Positions 33,866 through 46,269 of a DNA stretch of 64,000 bases are shown here, piece after piece. Position numbers and translations under genes: made by a program. Every line of letters begins with the position of its first letter. Within the stretch, counting starts at the first letter, position 1. Origin of the DNA: Lama guanicoe (Eukaryota); NCBI GenBank assembly GCA_013239625.1, contig MU053810.1, positions 4,806,071 through 4,870,070 on the forward strand, read 5' to 3'. The notes under the pieces are model-generated. The model was not told the origin of the DNA, did no database searches, and saw nothing but the letters and a program-made list of their open reading frames with translations.

Positions 33866-36723
33866 GTGCCTTGTTTTTATAACGAATTTCTAGGCAAAGA
33901 ACAAACGTTAAATAACTGTTACTGAATTCAGTTTTGGCTTTGAGGGCTTGATTAGTAAACATGTAACCAGACACAAACTGGTTTTTCAGAAAGCTCAACT
34001 TTTCTGAAAGCTCCGGGGTGACTCGTGGTGAGTTTCTGATAAATTCTTTGGAAGGGTAGTTCCTTCCCGTGAAACTGGCCAACTCTCTTCTCGGTGGCTT
34101 ACCAAGGTTTGGCTGATGGCAAGTTTCCAACCTCACTTACCAGATGAATTCTTACTATTCTGCCTTTTGTTTACTTGCCAGTAGAAGTAAAATAGAAATA
34201 AAATGCCTTTATCACGAGGATTTTTTTTTGAGTTCTCAATTAAAAAAAATTATTGATCTAGAGGAAAATATGCTAGCTAACATTACACTGTACGTATTCA
34301 TTTTTAAAAATCATGAGAAAAGCTGGTAAAAATAATACCAAGATTATGAATTGACTACAAGAAATCTCAGGAACCCACTTACCATTATTTTTTGTCCCCC
34401 CCCACCAAATATTTAACTTGATTTGATGTAAATTACAAATATTACTGTAACTTTAGCACCTGATTGTTGATTTTCTCAAACTTCCAGTTTCCTGAGCTGG
34501 GATGCCTTCACCAGAAATGTATGTCTTAACCTATTATATTAATTATAATCACATGTTTCAGGACACACAGGAAAGTCATCCTTTTCTGCCCCCTTTTTTG
34601 TCCAGTTTCATGGCAATGTAATTGACATAGAGCACTGTGACAAGTTTAAGGTCTGCAGCTGGTGATCTGACTTACAAACATCATGAGATGATGACCACAG
34701 GAAGTTTAGTGAACATCCCCCATCTCAGATAGATACAAAGTTAGAGCAATAGAAAGGAAGCTCATTATCTTAACACTCTTTAGGTACAAAAAATCCCAGA
34801 CTCTGCCAGGGCTCCAGAGCCACTTACGAGACAAGCTCACCCTGGAGGCAGGAAGGTCAAGCTATGCTCTGCGCACTCCACCAAGAAGGCAAGGGAGCTT
34901 ACGGTGCAGACCTTAGATTTACACAAAATGCTTAATTAGTTTAATGGCCTCGCATACGTGGGGAAGTCTAATCCTCGCGTCTGTGAACACAGCAACAGTA
35001 ACTGCCATCTGTCGCCTTTTACGGACCTGCTGATGGGCTACAGTGTTATGCACATACTGCCTTTTCATCCTCACAAAAGCCCTGTGAGAAAGTTACTCCG
35101 CCATCCCGCCCCACGGCGCTGCAGAACACGCAGGCTGAGTAAGAGATGGGAAGTGCAGGGCGCCCGTCCGGGATGAGGCCGAGTGAGGAGGCGAACACTT
35201 GACCGCTCTGCTCGGGGTGGGCGGTTTTTTCATTCCCGGTCCCTGGTTGAACTGCTGCTTCTCAGGTCCGGATCCCAGGCTCAACGTAAGTGGCTCCCAA
35301 ACGCTCCCTAAGAGACATTTCTCAGAAATTGGCTTCCAGAGGCTTCCCAGACACAGACGTGAGGGGGCAGTTCAGCTCCTCAGTGAAAGCTTTTGAAATG
35401 CGTGGATGGGGGGCTTCAGTCCCACCTGATCCTACACTTCCTCTTAAGTTCCCAGTGTTTTGAGATGAAATGCTTGATGACATATCCTACCTACTCACCT
35501 AGTTTCCAAACAAAATGTAATACAGTGCCCTAACGGTACTGTAACAAAGCCATCACACGCCAGATAAGCAGAATTTAGCGACAAATGCTTTAGCTGCATT
35601 TACAGACCAACCCCATGAACATTGTTGGCTGATGTGACTTTCCCAAATTAGTGAACGACTCTGCTTAAAGCTTCAAAGAAAGTACAATTCTCCCTCGTTT
35701 TACACATTCCTGAAGATTTTATTGCCTGTTTTAAGCATGTGAAAAAGCTTATTTGTAAAACAGACTTGGCCTCTGGATGCAGATCATTATATACAGGTTT
35801 TTTCACTTATGCAAATGTCTGGTGGAACATTACCACCAGGTCCTGCTGGAGGGGAACTCAATACAGGACCCTTAGCATCCTAGGCCAGCATCCACGAAAT
35901 GCCAGTTTTGCCTCCATCACTGTGACAACTAGAAAACCTCTCACAAATGCCTAAAAGTCCTTCTAAAGCTAAGAGAGAATGTTTTACACACGAGAAACAG
36001 TTCGCTCACCTGGAGATGGAGTCAGGGAAGAAGACTTTCAGGAATAAAAATGCCATTATTATGATGGTTGCAATCAGACATCCTTCATTTCCACAAATGA
36101 ACAGAATCACACAGTGGAAGGGGCCCCGCCAGGTCTAAAACACCTTGCAGATCCTGGAGAAAGAACGTCCTTTCCCTGAGTGACCCCAGAGAAAGGAGCT
36201 GTGACCTCCATCCGCCTCATCCGTCTAAAATTTCTCAAGGAGACGCTCCCCAAAGTAAGGCATTCCTGCCGAATGAGATCTGGCTGCTACCTGCCCATCA
36301 CCTCGGTTCAAACCATCTGCTGCATGCACCCTGCACCCCTCAGCCCCCACACCCGACCCTGCTCCAGCTGCCCTGCTATCTGTTCTGCCCATCAGACAAG
36401 CCCGAGCCACACGTTGCTCCCTCTGCCTGGAATATTCTCTCCAGGAAGCCTGGATCAAGGGCCCTGATTTGAACACCTTCTGCATAATCCTTGGAGGAGT
36501 TGGCACTATATAGTGGTGTGAAGTAGTCAATAAAAATTTAAGAAGTACAGGAATTAAAGTCCACACAAACACACTGGGGTGTCCATAGCAGGACCTGCTA
36601 AAACCATGGAAGACCATGATCTTCTGTGGAACCTGGTGGAAGGGGATGGGAGGCTCACATAGGTTCACCAGAGCTTAAAGACGCCCATGAGTTCTGCGGC
36701 ATCTTAGAAAACAACCGTTCACT

Positions 36724-36741
36724 TGCTGCCACCTGATGGTC
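36724..36741 (-). promoter_or_regulatory. Candidate CTCF site downstream of KIAA1217
   Basis: tgctgccacctgatggtc is the reverse complement of GACCATCAGGTGGCAGCA. Confidence 0.45.
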
Positions 36742-37204
36742 ATTTCTGGAACATCCTCTAAGAGACTACGGCAAGCCCCGGTCCTCACTAGATCCAACTT
36801 CCTTCATCCCAGGTTTGGCCACAGCTGTAAAAATGTATAAAGCACCGGCAGGACGCGGCCGGGACCCTGGATGAATGTGTGAGGCAGGTGGCGTTTTTCC
36901 ACATTTCAGGGCCTCCCTTTCAGAACGACTCACCGCCTCCCATCATTTCTCTTTGGGGGAAAGTGAAAAAGCACTAGAAAACTGTTTCCCTCTAAGCACT
37001 TTAGAGCTATAGGAGGTGAGCAACATTTAATCAAGGCATTGAACATCCAGACGTGGATGGAGGGCTCCCTTCCCCCGCCGGATGGACACAGAGGCCTCCG
37101 TATCCCTCCCACAGTGAGAGAGGGCTCCCCATCCTTCCCACAGACATAGGGGGCTCCCTAACTCCCCATCTCCCCAAGGTTGCTCAGGTGGGTGGACACC
37201 AAGG

Positions 37205-37880
37205 AGCATCATTGCTGGACTGTAAAAGTATGTTTGATTTTGTGAGAAACTGCCAACCTGTCACCAAATGGCCTGACTGTACCGTTTTGCATTCCCATCA
37301 GCAATGAATGAAAGTTCTTGTAGCTCCACATCCTTGTTGGCGTTTGGTGTTTTCAGTTTTGGATGTTGGCCATTCTAAATAGTGTCTAGTGGTACTTCAC
37401 TGTTGTTACCATTTGCAATCACTTAATAACATATGATGTTCAGCATCTTTTCCAACTGAGTATCTTCTTTGGTAAGATGTTTTTTCAGGTCTTTTGTCCA
37501 TTTTATTAAGCAGGGTGTTTGTTTATTGCTGAGTTTTAAGAGTTTTTTGTATATTTTGGATAACAGTCCTTTAACAGTCCATGGGGGGTTGGTTCCAGGA
37601 ACCCTGTGGATACCAAAACCCATGGATGATCAAATCCTTTCTATAAAATGGCATAGTACTTTTGTATAACCTATACACATCCTCCCATATACTTTAAATA
37701 ATCTCTAAGTTACTTATAATACCTAATACAATGTAAATGCTATGTGCTTTCTGGAAATTTCTGGAATTTCTTTTCAGATATTTTTGATCTGTGAGTTGAA
37801 TCCATGGATGAGGAACCCGTGGATACAGAGGGCCAACTGTATATCTTTTGCAAATATTTTCTCCCCTTCCTATCTCTGTC
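37205..37880 (-). mobile_element. LINE-1 ORF2 3' fragment interrupted by a MER2-like Tigger element (~37565-37840)
   Basis: L1 text (cattcccatcagcaatgaatgaaagttc...tatattttggataacagtcc) resumes after the insert (tatcttttgcaaatattttctccc). The insert ends ggatacagagggccaactg-ta. Confidence 0.75.
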
Positions 37881-38689
37881 TCTGGTTTCTCCTGTCATTC
37901 TCAAACTTTGACACGCACATGTAAAACTTACAGGAATCATTTAGGGTCTTACTAAAATTCTGATTCTGGAGGACTGGGGGTGGAGCTTGGGGTTCCAGAT
38001 TTCCTGCAGTCTTCCAAGTGCTGCTAATGCTAGAGAGCATCCTGGCTGCTGTTTGCATTGGAGGGAACCAGAATGCCGGTGACAGGTTCCTGTTAAGAGT
38101 GATTCAGGCCACAGATAAAAGTGCGTGAAACAGCGGTGGCAGTGATAATGGAGAAAAGCGAATGTACTTGATCACTGTGTGGAAGATAACATCATTAACA
38201 ACTTGGTGACTGAAATACAGCAGGCGAGAGAAGAGAGGTAACGGTATGAGCGGCAGCTGTTCTTAAGAGGCAGAGTAACATTCTAGAAAGGCCTTAGGGC
38301 TGGGAGTCTGAGGACCTCAGTCCTGGCCCCAGATCTGCTTCTAACTTGCTCTGTGTCCTTGGGCAGGCTACTTCGCTTCTTGGAACCTCTATTAAATTGG
38401 CCCCGTATTCGATGCTGGGCTTGTCACACCGTTCTTTTGAGGCTCTGATGAACTAGTGAACATGAAAGCGCTTTGTGAGCACTACAGCATGATGCCAGTG
38501 AAGGCGACTGTAATTAGTAGGCAATCCAAATCTGTTCCAAAGCGCTATGGGGTTACACCCCTTACCGACCCTTTCTAGTCCTCCTGCCTGGAGTCACTAG
38601 AACAACACTGAATTCAGTTCAGAAGCCAAGGAAAGTTTGCTTCTTTGATTAAATAATGGGGAGACGCCAGCTCACACTGGGAGACCCTG

Positions 38690-38945
38690 CTCTCCGGGAA
38701 AGGCCCTCTGGGCGGCTGCTCCCTAGGGCCCCCATCAGCGCGGAGGCGGGCGAAGCTGTCGCAAAGCGGCTGCCGCTGCGCTGCCCAGGCCGCAGGGCGC
38801 AGACGCAGAGCTTTTGCACGTGGGGCCCGGCGGAGCCGCGGGGCCGGGAGCAGCCCTTCGCCTCCGGGAGCTCTGCCCTGAAGGATCCGGGATCAGACCT
38901 CTGCACAGGATGCCCTCTGAGCTAGACTACGCAGCACACACGGAC
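38690..38945. promoter_or_regulatory. Small intergenic CpG-dense patch
   Basis: Dense CpGs (cagcgcggaggcgggcgaagctgtcgcaaagcggctgccgctgcgc) in otherwise CpG-poor DNA. Confidence 0.45.
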
Positions 38946-40124
38946 TTAGAAAGGTAGGAGGGGGTTGGTTAGAGTTTCTTTTATTACCCGGATTGTATTT
39001 CTTACTTCTCGGGTGTTGCTAGGGGGCTTTGCCGGTGACCTGCTGAAGCTTGCTTGGGCCTGTGGGGCTATTCAGTCCGGTAGCCGTGCTCAGCCGTGTC
39101 AGCCCGGAAAGGCAGTAGAGCTAGTGTGACAATAAATGGATCCCGTAAAAGCAGTCCAGCTCCTCCTGGGCATCGGCCCCTCATGTGGAGTCGGGGGCCT
39201 TATTTTAGCCCGTGGGCCTAGCCTGTATGTTTAATAGGAACTCCAAGGATAGGCCCGGGGAGGCCTGGCCTTCAGCCTCTGTCTGACCCCAGCCCGGGTG
39301 CTGCCCAGGGAATTCTCTGAGAGGGGAATCTGGGGCTTCCTTTTCAGGACTGAGCCTTGCTGTTGTGTGAACCTGGGTGTTTCTAGAAGGGAAGATGTCT
39401 AGGTGGTCTTGGAGTCAAGGATTTTGCACCGTGACTCGGAGTGCGTGGAGAATGCCTCCTCTTCCAAGGAGAAACTTTGTGATTTTCTTGAGAAATTGGT
39501 AGCAGGGAAAACCAGGAACTCAGGCTCCTGAGCTTTCCTGACTCACTTGCTGTAAAGAGGGGGTGTGCTGGTCTCGCCTCCCAGTTCTGCTCGGTATTTC
39601 TACATTGTCTACAGGCGCCAAGTCTGATACTTTAGGTCAGATTTGTCACCGATACTCAAGAATGCTCAAGTAGATTGTTTCAGAAAAGTATTTATGTTTC
39701 CTTCCCTATAGAATGGGAATATTCATATCTGTTTGGCAGGGTTGTGGATGTATTTGGTGAAATGATGCATATACAGTACTCAGCACAGGTCTGGCCCATG
39801 CTAAGAGCTCAACAAACGGTAACTTTCGCAGTCACCTTCTGAAACCAGTATCTGCAGTGATCTGTAGGGAGTTCAGACCACACGGCCCTGTCTTCTGCCT
39901 CTTCCCTAGGATGGTGAAGGAGGAGGAACCCTGGCTGGAGGAAGGGGGAGAGTTTTCTGCAGGTGTTTACAATCTTGGCTCTGCAGGTTCCCCATTGAGG
40001 GAGGAAAATTACCTGGCTGAGCTTTTGGAAGGTGTTGAAGCCTGTTTCAGCTGAGTTGTTTGCAGATACCTGCTGAGGTCGAACTCATAGCCAGGACTTG
40101 AAACTCTTTTTAGCTGGAAGAAGT

Positions 40125-40550
40125 TTCTATTCGTTTGCTAGAGCCGCTGTTACAGATGGCCACAGACAAGGTGGCTTCAACCACAGAAATTTATTGTGTC
40201 TTCTGTTCTGGAGGCTACATGCCCAAGGGTTGGTTCCTTCTGAGGGCTGGAGGGAAAATCTGTTTCATGCGTCTCCCCTAGCTTCTGGTGATTTACAGAC
40301 AATCTTGGTTGAAGAAGTATCACTGTGATCTCCGCCTTTACCTTCCTATAGTGCTCTCCTTGTGTGCACCTGTTTTTTGTTTTTGTTTTTTTTTTTAAAT
40401 AAGGACCCCAGTCTTACTGGATTAGGGGCCCACTCTACTCCAATATGAATTAATCGTAACTCAGCTAATTACATCTGCAGTGTCCCTATTTCCAGATAAG
40501 GTCACGTTCTGAGGAACTGGGAGTGAGCACATATGACAGTGAGGGGAACA
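40125..40550 (-). mobile_element. MLT1 (MaLR) solo LTR
   Basis: gccgctgttacagatggccacagacaaggtggcttcaaccacagaaatttatt...ggattaggggcccactctactcc...ttacatctgcagtgtccctatttccagataaggtcac. Confidence 0.75.
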
Positions 40551-41294
40551 CAAGGGTACTTGAGCAGGACAACTCCTTAAATATTGATGCTCTCCCCGCC
40601 ATGTCATCTGGACCTTAGTGAACACCTGCTTTATGCAAGACCCTTGATGGGAGAGGGGTGACTACAAGTATTTGGACTTAATGATTCTTTCAGGTCCTAG
40701 CCCAGGGGGGCAGTCGAGGACAGTGGTTTAGAGCTTGGGCTCTGGGTCAGCTGCTGCCAATTACTGATGATGTGATCTTGGGCAAGTAACTTCCTCTCGA
40801 TGCTTCAGTTTATTTGCAAGATAAGGGTGATTCGTACCTAACAGATGGGGTTGCTGGGAGACTAAAGCAAATTAATACCCGTGAAGAACTTGAATCATTG
40901 TGTAGCAAACACCTGAGATGATATTAGCAATTCATATTATTAAAACGACTTCTAAATCTAAAATGCTATCATTCAGGGAGCCTTCAAATGGCCCATAATC
41001 GAGGACCAAAAAGATGGGATGCAGCTTCAGGAGCTCATAGAATGTAGGGTGTCCAGTGCCAGAAGGGTCTTTCCAAACTGTCTACTTGAGTCTTCTCATT
41101 TTGCAGACACGTGAAGTAGACAGTCCTTGGCCTCTAAAGGAGCTTAGAGTCCAACAAAGAGTTGCATAAGCCTAAAAAGTGTAGCAATGTCCTGTTTTCA
41201 TTCCTTTCCCCTGTTTCTCTTGAAGCAAATAAACAGGAGAAGGAATGGCCCAGAGATTTATCTTCTTTCATTTTGAGCACACAATTCACATTGG

Positions 41295-44200
41295 TTTTTT
41301 TTTTATTGAAATATAGTTTTCTTGTTTGCTTGTTTTTATTGAAGTATAGTCAGTTACAACATGTCAATTTCTGGTGTACAACACAATGTCCCAGTCACGC
41401 ATATACATACATATATTCATTTTCCTATTCTTCTTCATTAAAGGTTATTACAAGGTATTGAATACAGTTCCCTGTGCTATACAGAAAAAATTTGGTTTTT
41501 TAAATCTATTTTTATATGTGGTGGTTGACATTTGCAAATCTCAAACTCCCTAATTTATCTCTTCCAATCCCCTTTCCCCCAGTAACCATAAGACTGTTGG
41601 CTATGTCTGTGAGTCTGTTTCTGTTTTGTAGATAAGTCCATTAGTGTCTGCTTTTTTCTTTTCTTTTTTGTACTCCATGCATGAATGATATCATGTGGTA
41701 TTTTTCTTTCTCTTTCTGGCTTACTTCACTTAGAATGACAATCTCCAGGTCCATCCATGTTGCTGCAAATGGCATTATTTTATTCTTTTTTTATCACTGA
41801 GTAGTGTCCCATTGTGTTAATATACCACAACTTCTTTATCCAGTCCTCTGTCGATGGACATTTAGGTTGTTTCCATGTTTTGGCTATTGTAAATGGTGCT
41901 GCTGTGAACATTGGGGTGCAGGTGTCTTTTTGAATTAGCATTCCCTCTGGAATATACGCCCAGGAGTGAGATTGCTGGATCATATGATAACTCTATTTTT
42001 AGTTCTTTAAGGAATCTCCCTATTGTTTTCCACAGTAGCTGCCCCAAATTACATTTCCCCCCAACAGTGTAGGAGGGTTCCCTTTTCCCCACACCCTCTC
42101 CAGCATTTATCGTTTGTGGACTTTTTAATGATGACCATTCTAACTGGTGTGAGGTCTTAATCTCAGTGTAGTGTTTATTTACATTTCTCTGATGAGTGAT
42201 ACTGAACATCTTTTCATGTGCCTATCCACCATTTGTATGTCTTAATTGAAGAAACGTCTGTTTAGGTCTTGTACCCAGTTTGTGATTGGGTTGTTTGTTT
42301 CTTTTTCTTATTGAGTTGTACAAGCTGTTTACATATTCTGGAAATTAAGCCTTTGTCTGTTGCATCATTTGCAAATATTTTCCCTCATTCCATAGGTTGT
42401 CATTTTGTTTATGGTTTCTTTTGCTGCACAAAATCTTATAAGTTTAATTAGGTCCCATTCGTTTATTTTTGCCTTTCTTTCCATTGCCTTGGTAGACTGG
42501 CCTAGGAGAACATTGCTATGATTTATGCCAGAGAATGTTTTGCCTGTATTCTCTTCTAGGAGATTTATGGTGTCCTGTCTTATGTTTAAGTCTTTAAGCC
42601 ATTTTGAACTTGCTTTTGTGTGTGGAGTGAGAGAGTGTTCTAACTTCATTGACCCTCACATGTCCAGTCTTCCCAACACCAGCTGCTGAAGAGACTGTCT
42701 TTTCTCCATTGCATATTCTTGCCTCCTTTGTTGAAGGTTAATTGACCATGGGTATGTGGGTTTATTTCTGGGCTCTGTTCTGTTCCATTTATCCATATAT
42801 CTGTTTTTGTGTCAATACCATGCTGTGTTGATGACTGTAGCTCTGTAGTATTGTCTGAAGTTTGGTGTTCTTTTTGTTCTTTTTCTTTTGTGATTCCATA
42901 TAAATTTTAGTATTATTTGTTCTAGTTTAATTCAATAGGGATTGAATTAAATCTGTAGATTGCTGTGGGTAGTATGACCATTTTAAACAATATTCATGCT
43001 TCCAATCCAAGAGCATGGGAAATCTTTGCATTTCTCTAAATTATCTTTAATTTCTTTTATCAATGTTTTATAGTTCTTAGCATGTAAGCCTTTCACCTCC
43101 TTGGTCAGGTTTATTCCTAAGCATTTTTAATGTGATTTTGAAAGGGATTTTTTCTTTTACTTTCCTTTTGTAGTATTTCATTGTTAGTGTAAAGAAACAC
43201 AATAGATTTCTGTGTGTTGCTCTTGCATCCTGCTACCTTGCTGAATTTGTTTATTAGCTCTAGTAATTTTTGGGTGGAGTCATTAGGGTTTTCTATAAAT
43301 AGTCATGTGACAATTTTACGTCTTCTCTTCCAATTTGGATCCCTTTTATTTCTTTTTCTTGTCTGATTGCTGTGCCTAGGACTGTCAATACTATGTTGAA
43401 TAGAAGTGGTAAGAGTGGACATCCTTGTCTTGTTCCAGATTTTAGTGGGAAGGTCTTTAACTTTTCACCATTGGGTATTATGTTGGCTGTGGGTTTGTCA
43501 TAAATAGCTTTCATTATGTTCAGATATGTTCCCTCTATATCCACTTTGGTAAGAGTTTTTTTTTTTTTATCATGAATGGATGTTGAATTTTAGCAAATGC
43601 TTTTTCTGCATCTGTGGAGATGATCATGTGATTTTTTGCCCTCTCTTTTGTTGATATAGTGTTTCACATTGATCGATTTATATACGTTGAACCATCCTTC
43701 TTACCCTGGGATGAATCAAACATGACCGTAGTGTATGAAAAGTTTTATGTGTTGCTGGAGTCAGTTTGCTAATATTTTGTGGAGCATTTTTGCATCTATA
43801 CTCATCAAAGATATTGGCCTGTAGTTTTCTTTTTTAGTGGTGTCTTTGCTTTTGATATCAGGGTGATGGTGCCTTCATAGAATGTGTTTGGGAGTGTCCC
43901 CTCCTCTCCAATCTTTTTTTGGAAGAGTTTGAAAAGGATTGGTGTAAGTTCTTTTTGTATGTTTGGTAGAACTCCCCAGTGAAGCCATCTGATCCTGGAC
44001 TTTTGTTTGCAAGGAGATTTTTCATTGCTGATTCTATTTCAGTTCTAGTGATCAGTCTGCTCAAATGATCTATTTCTTCTTGATTCAGTTTTGGTGGACT
44101 GTATGTTTCTAGAAACTTGTTTATTTCTCTAAGTTGTCCAATTTGGTGCCATATATTTGTTCATAGTATTCTCTTTGGCTTTTTGTATTTCTGTGGTGTT

Positions 44201-44958
44201 GGTTGTAATTTCTCCATTTTCCTTTCTTATCTTGTTTATTTGTGTCTTCTTCTTGGTGAGCCTGGCCAGAGTTTTGTTGTTTTTGTTTACTCTTTCAAAA
44301 AAATCAGCTCTTGATTTGATTGATTTTTTCTATTTTTTTTAAAATCTCTATTTTATTTATTTCCTCCCTGATCTTTATTATTTCTTTCCTCCTGCTGACT
44401 TTAGGTTTTGACTGTTCTTTTTCTACTTCTTTAAGGTGGTAGGTTAGGTTGTTTATTTGACATTTTTCTTGCTTTTTGAGGAAGGCCTGTATCACTATGA
44501 ACTCCCCTCTTAGGACTGCTTTTACTGCATTCTATAGATTTGGTGTAGTTGTGTTTTCATTGTCATTTGTCTCAAGGTATTTTTTTTTAAATTTCCTCTT
44601 TGATTTCTTCGTTGACCCATTGGTTTTTCAGTAGCATGTTGTGTAGTCTTTATGCAGTCAGTGTTTTTTTGTTTTTTGTTTTTTTCCCCCCTCATTTCTC
44701 TTTCTGTGGTTGATTTCTAGTTTCATGCTGTTATGGTCAGAAAAGATATTTGAAATGATTCCTATTCTCTTAAATTTATCGATGCTTATTTTATGTCCAA
44801 GTGTGTGGTCCAGCCTAGAACATGTTCTATGTGTACTTGAAAAGAATGAACATTCTGGTTTTGGGTTTTTTTATGGGTTTTTTTTAATGTAATGTCCTGA
44901 AGTATCAATTAAGTCTAACTGTTCTATGGTGCCATTTAAGACCTCTGTTGCCTTATTG
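41295..44958 (-). mobile_element. 5'-truncated, relatively young LINE-1 (~3.65 kb; ORF2 RT and C-terminal region plus 3' UTR), with frameshifts
   Basis: Minus-strand ORF fragments are clear L1 ORF2 peptides ([28 protein letters not shown]...[39 protein letters not shown]). Poly-T at the left end. Confidence 0.93.
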
Positions 44959-45529
44959 AGGAAAGAGGAATCTCTTTCTCTTGCTCCTCCCCACCCATGG
45001 GGAGAGAGGAAGAAGCTCTTTTTCTCACCCCCTTGGGGCGAGAGAGAAGGTACCTCTGTCTCTTGACCTCACTCCCGGGGTGGCGGGGGGACCTCTGTCC
45101 CCAGGGGTGGTGGGCAGTAAGGGTAGGACTCTCTACTCTTTCTTTCTGGGAGAGGAGGTAACATATCCACCTCTGACCTTCAACCTCATGGAAGACATGC
45201 TCCCGCTGCTGGAAGGAGAGTGACATTATTATTGTCAAGGGCAAAAAGTTGTGAATGAGAGAATTCTGTACAAATAGACCTTGTTAAACATAATTCTCAT
45301 CTTCCTTAGCCTCCCAACATAGTGTAGTTCCTTTGCCACGATTGCCTCTTTGTTCAATCCACCTCTTCGGGTCTTTCTTCATTTCCTTGGGAGAGCGCCA
45401 TATGTCATATAAAACTCACAAGAAATAGATGTGTATGCTTCTCTCCTGTGAATATGCCTGGTGTCCATTAAATTTTCAGGACCAGCTGTCAACTCTTAGA
45501 GGGTAGAGGTTTGGTTTTGTCTTGACAAC
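44957..45529 (+). mobile_element. Probable ERV1-type solo LTR abutting the L1 truncation point
   Basis: Starts TG(aggaaagagg) and ends (ttgacaa)CA. Contains an LTR-like U5 phrase (aaatagatgtgtatgcttctctcctgtgaat). No target-site duplication identified. Confidence 0.5.
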
Positions 45530-45639
45530 ATCTTTCTTGCTGGCATCTTTGAATTCTACCTCCTTCTTTGGCTTGATTCTTCTGTATGCTGACATGCTTT
45601 CAGCTACCATCTTCAGAAACTCTGTGAACAGGGCTGTGT

Positions 45640-46230
45640 CTTTCAAAATGGAACATATTCTTAGCATACGATCCAGCCCCTCAAACTCCTTAGTATCAAT
45701 GGACCCAAATGAGTCGAATGCTTACATCTACACAGGAACCTACGCCTGGACATTTATGGCAGCTTTACTTATACCTGCCAGAAATTGAAAGCAACCAAGA
45801 TGCCCTTCAGGAGGTGAATGGACATATGTACTGTATCCCATACAATACAATGTTATTCCACACTGAAAAGAAATGAGAGATATATGGGGCCATGAGGAGA
45901 CAGGTGGGGTGCCTTGAATGCATATTACTCACTGAAAGTAGCCAATCTGGAAAGGTGGCATATCTTAGGGTATCAACTATGCATAACATTCAGGAAAAGG
46001 CAAACCATGGAAAGGGTGAATAGATCAGTGTGTTGCCAGGAGTTGTGGCAGGGTTGGTGGGAGGGGTGGTAGATAGCCTGAGCACAGGATTTTTAAGGCA
46101 GTGAAACTATTCAGTGTGATACATTCATGATGAGATACATTTGTCAAAACCCATAGGGTGTACGACACCAGGAGTGAACCCTAATGTGGACTCTGGTGAT
46201 CATGACATGTCCTTGTAGGTGACAGTGCCC
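45640..46230 (+). mobile_element. Old LINE-1 3' region (L1MB/MC-like)
   Basis: catttatggcagctttacttatacctgccagaaattgaaagcaaccaagatgcccttc...catttgtcaaaacccatagggtgtacgacaccaggagtgaaccctaatgt. Confidence 0.7.
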
Positions 46231-46269
46231 AACACACAGAATGTTGATAGGACAGCTGGGGAGTGGGAG

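Noticed and set aside
41780..44495. Reverse-transcriptase-like ORF fragments
   Set aside because: Frameshifted pieces of a 5'-truncated LINE-1 ORF2. Not an active element or a novel RT system.
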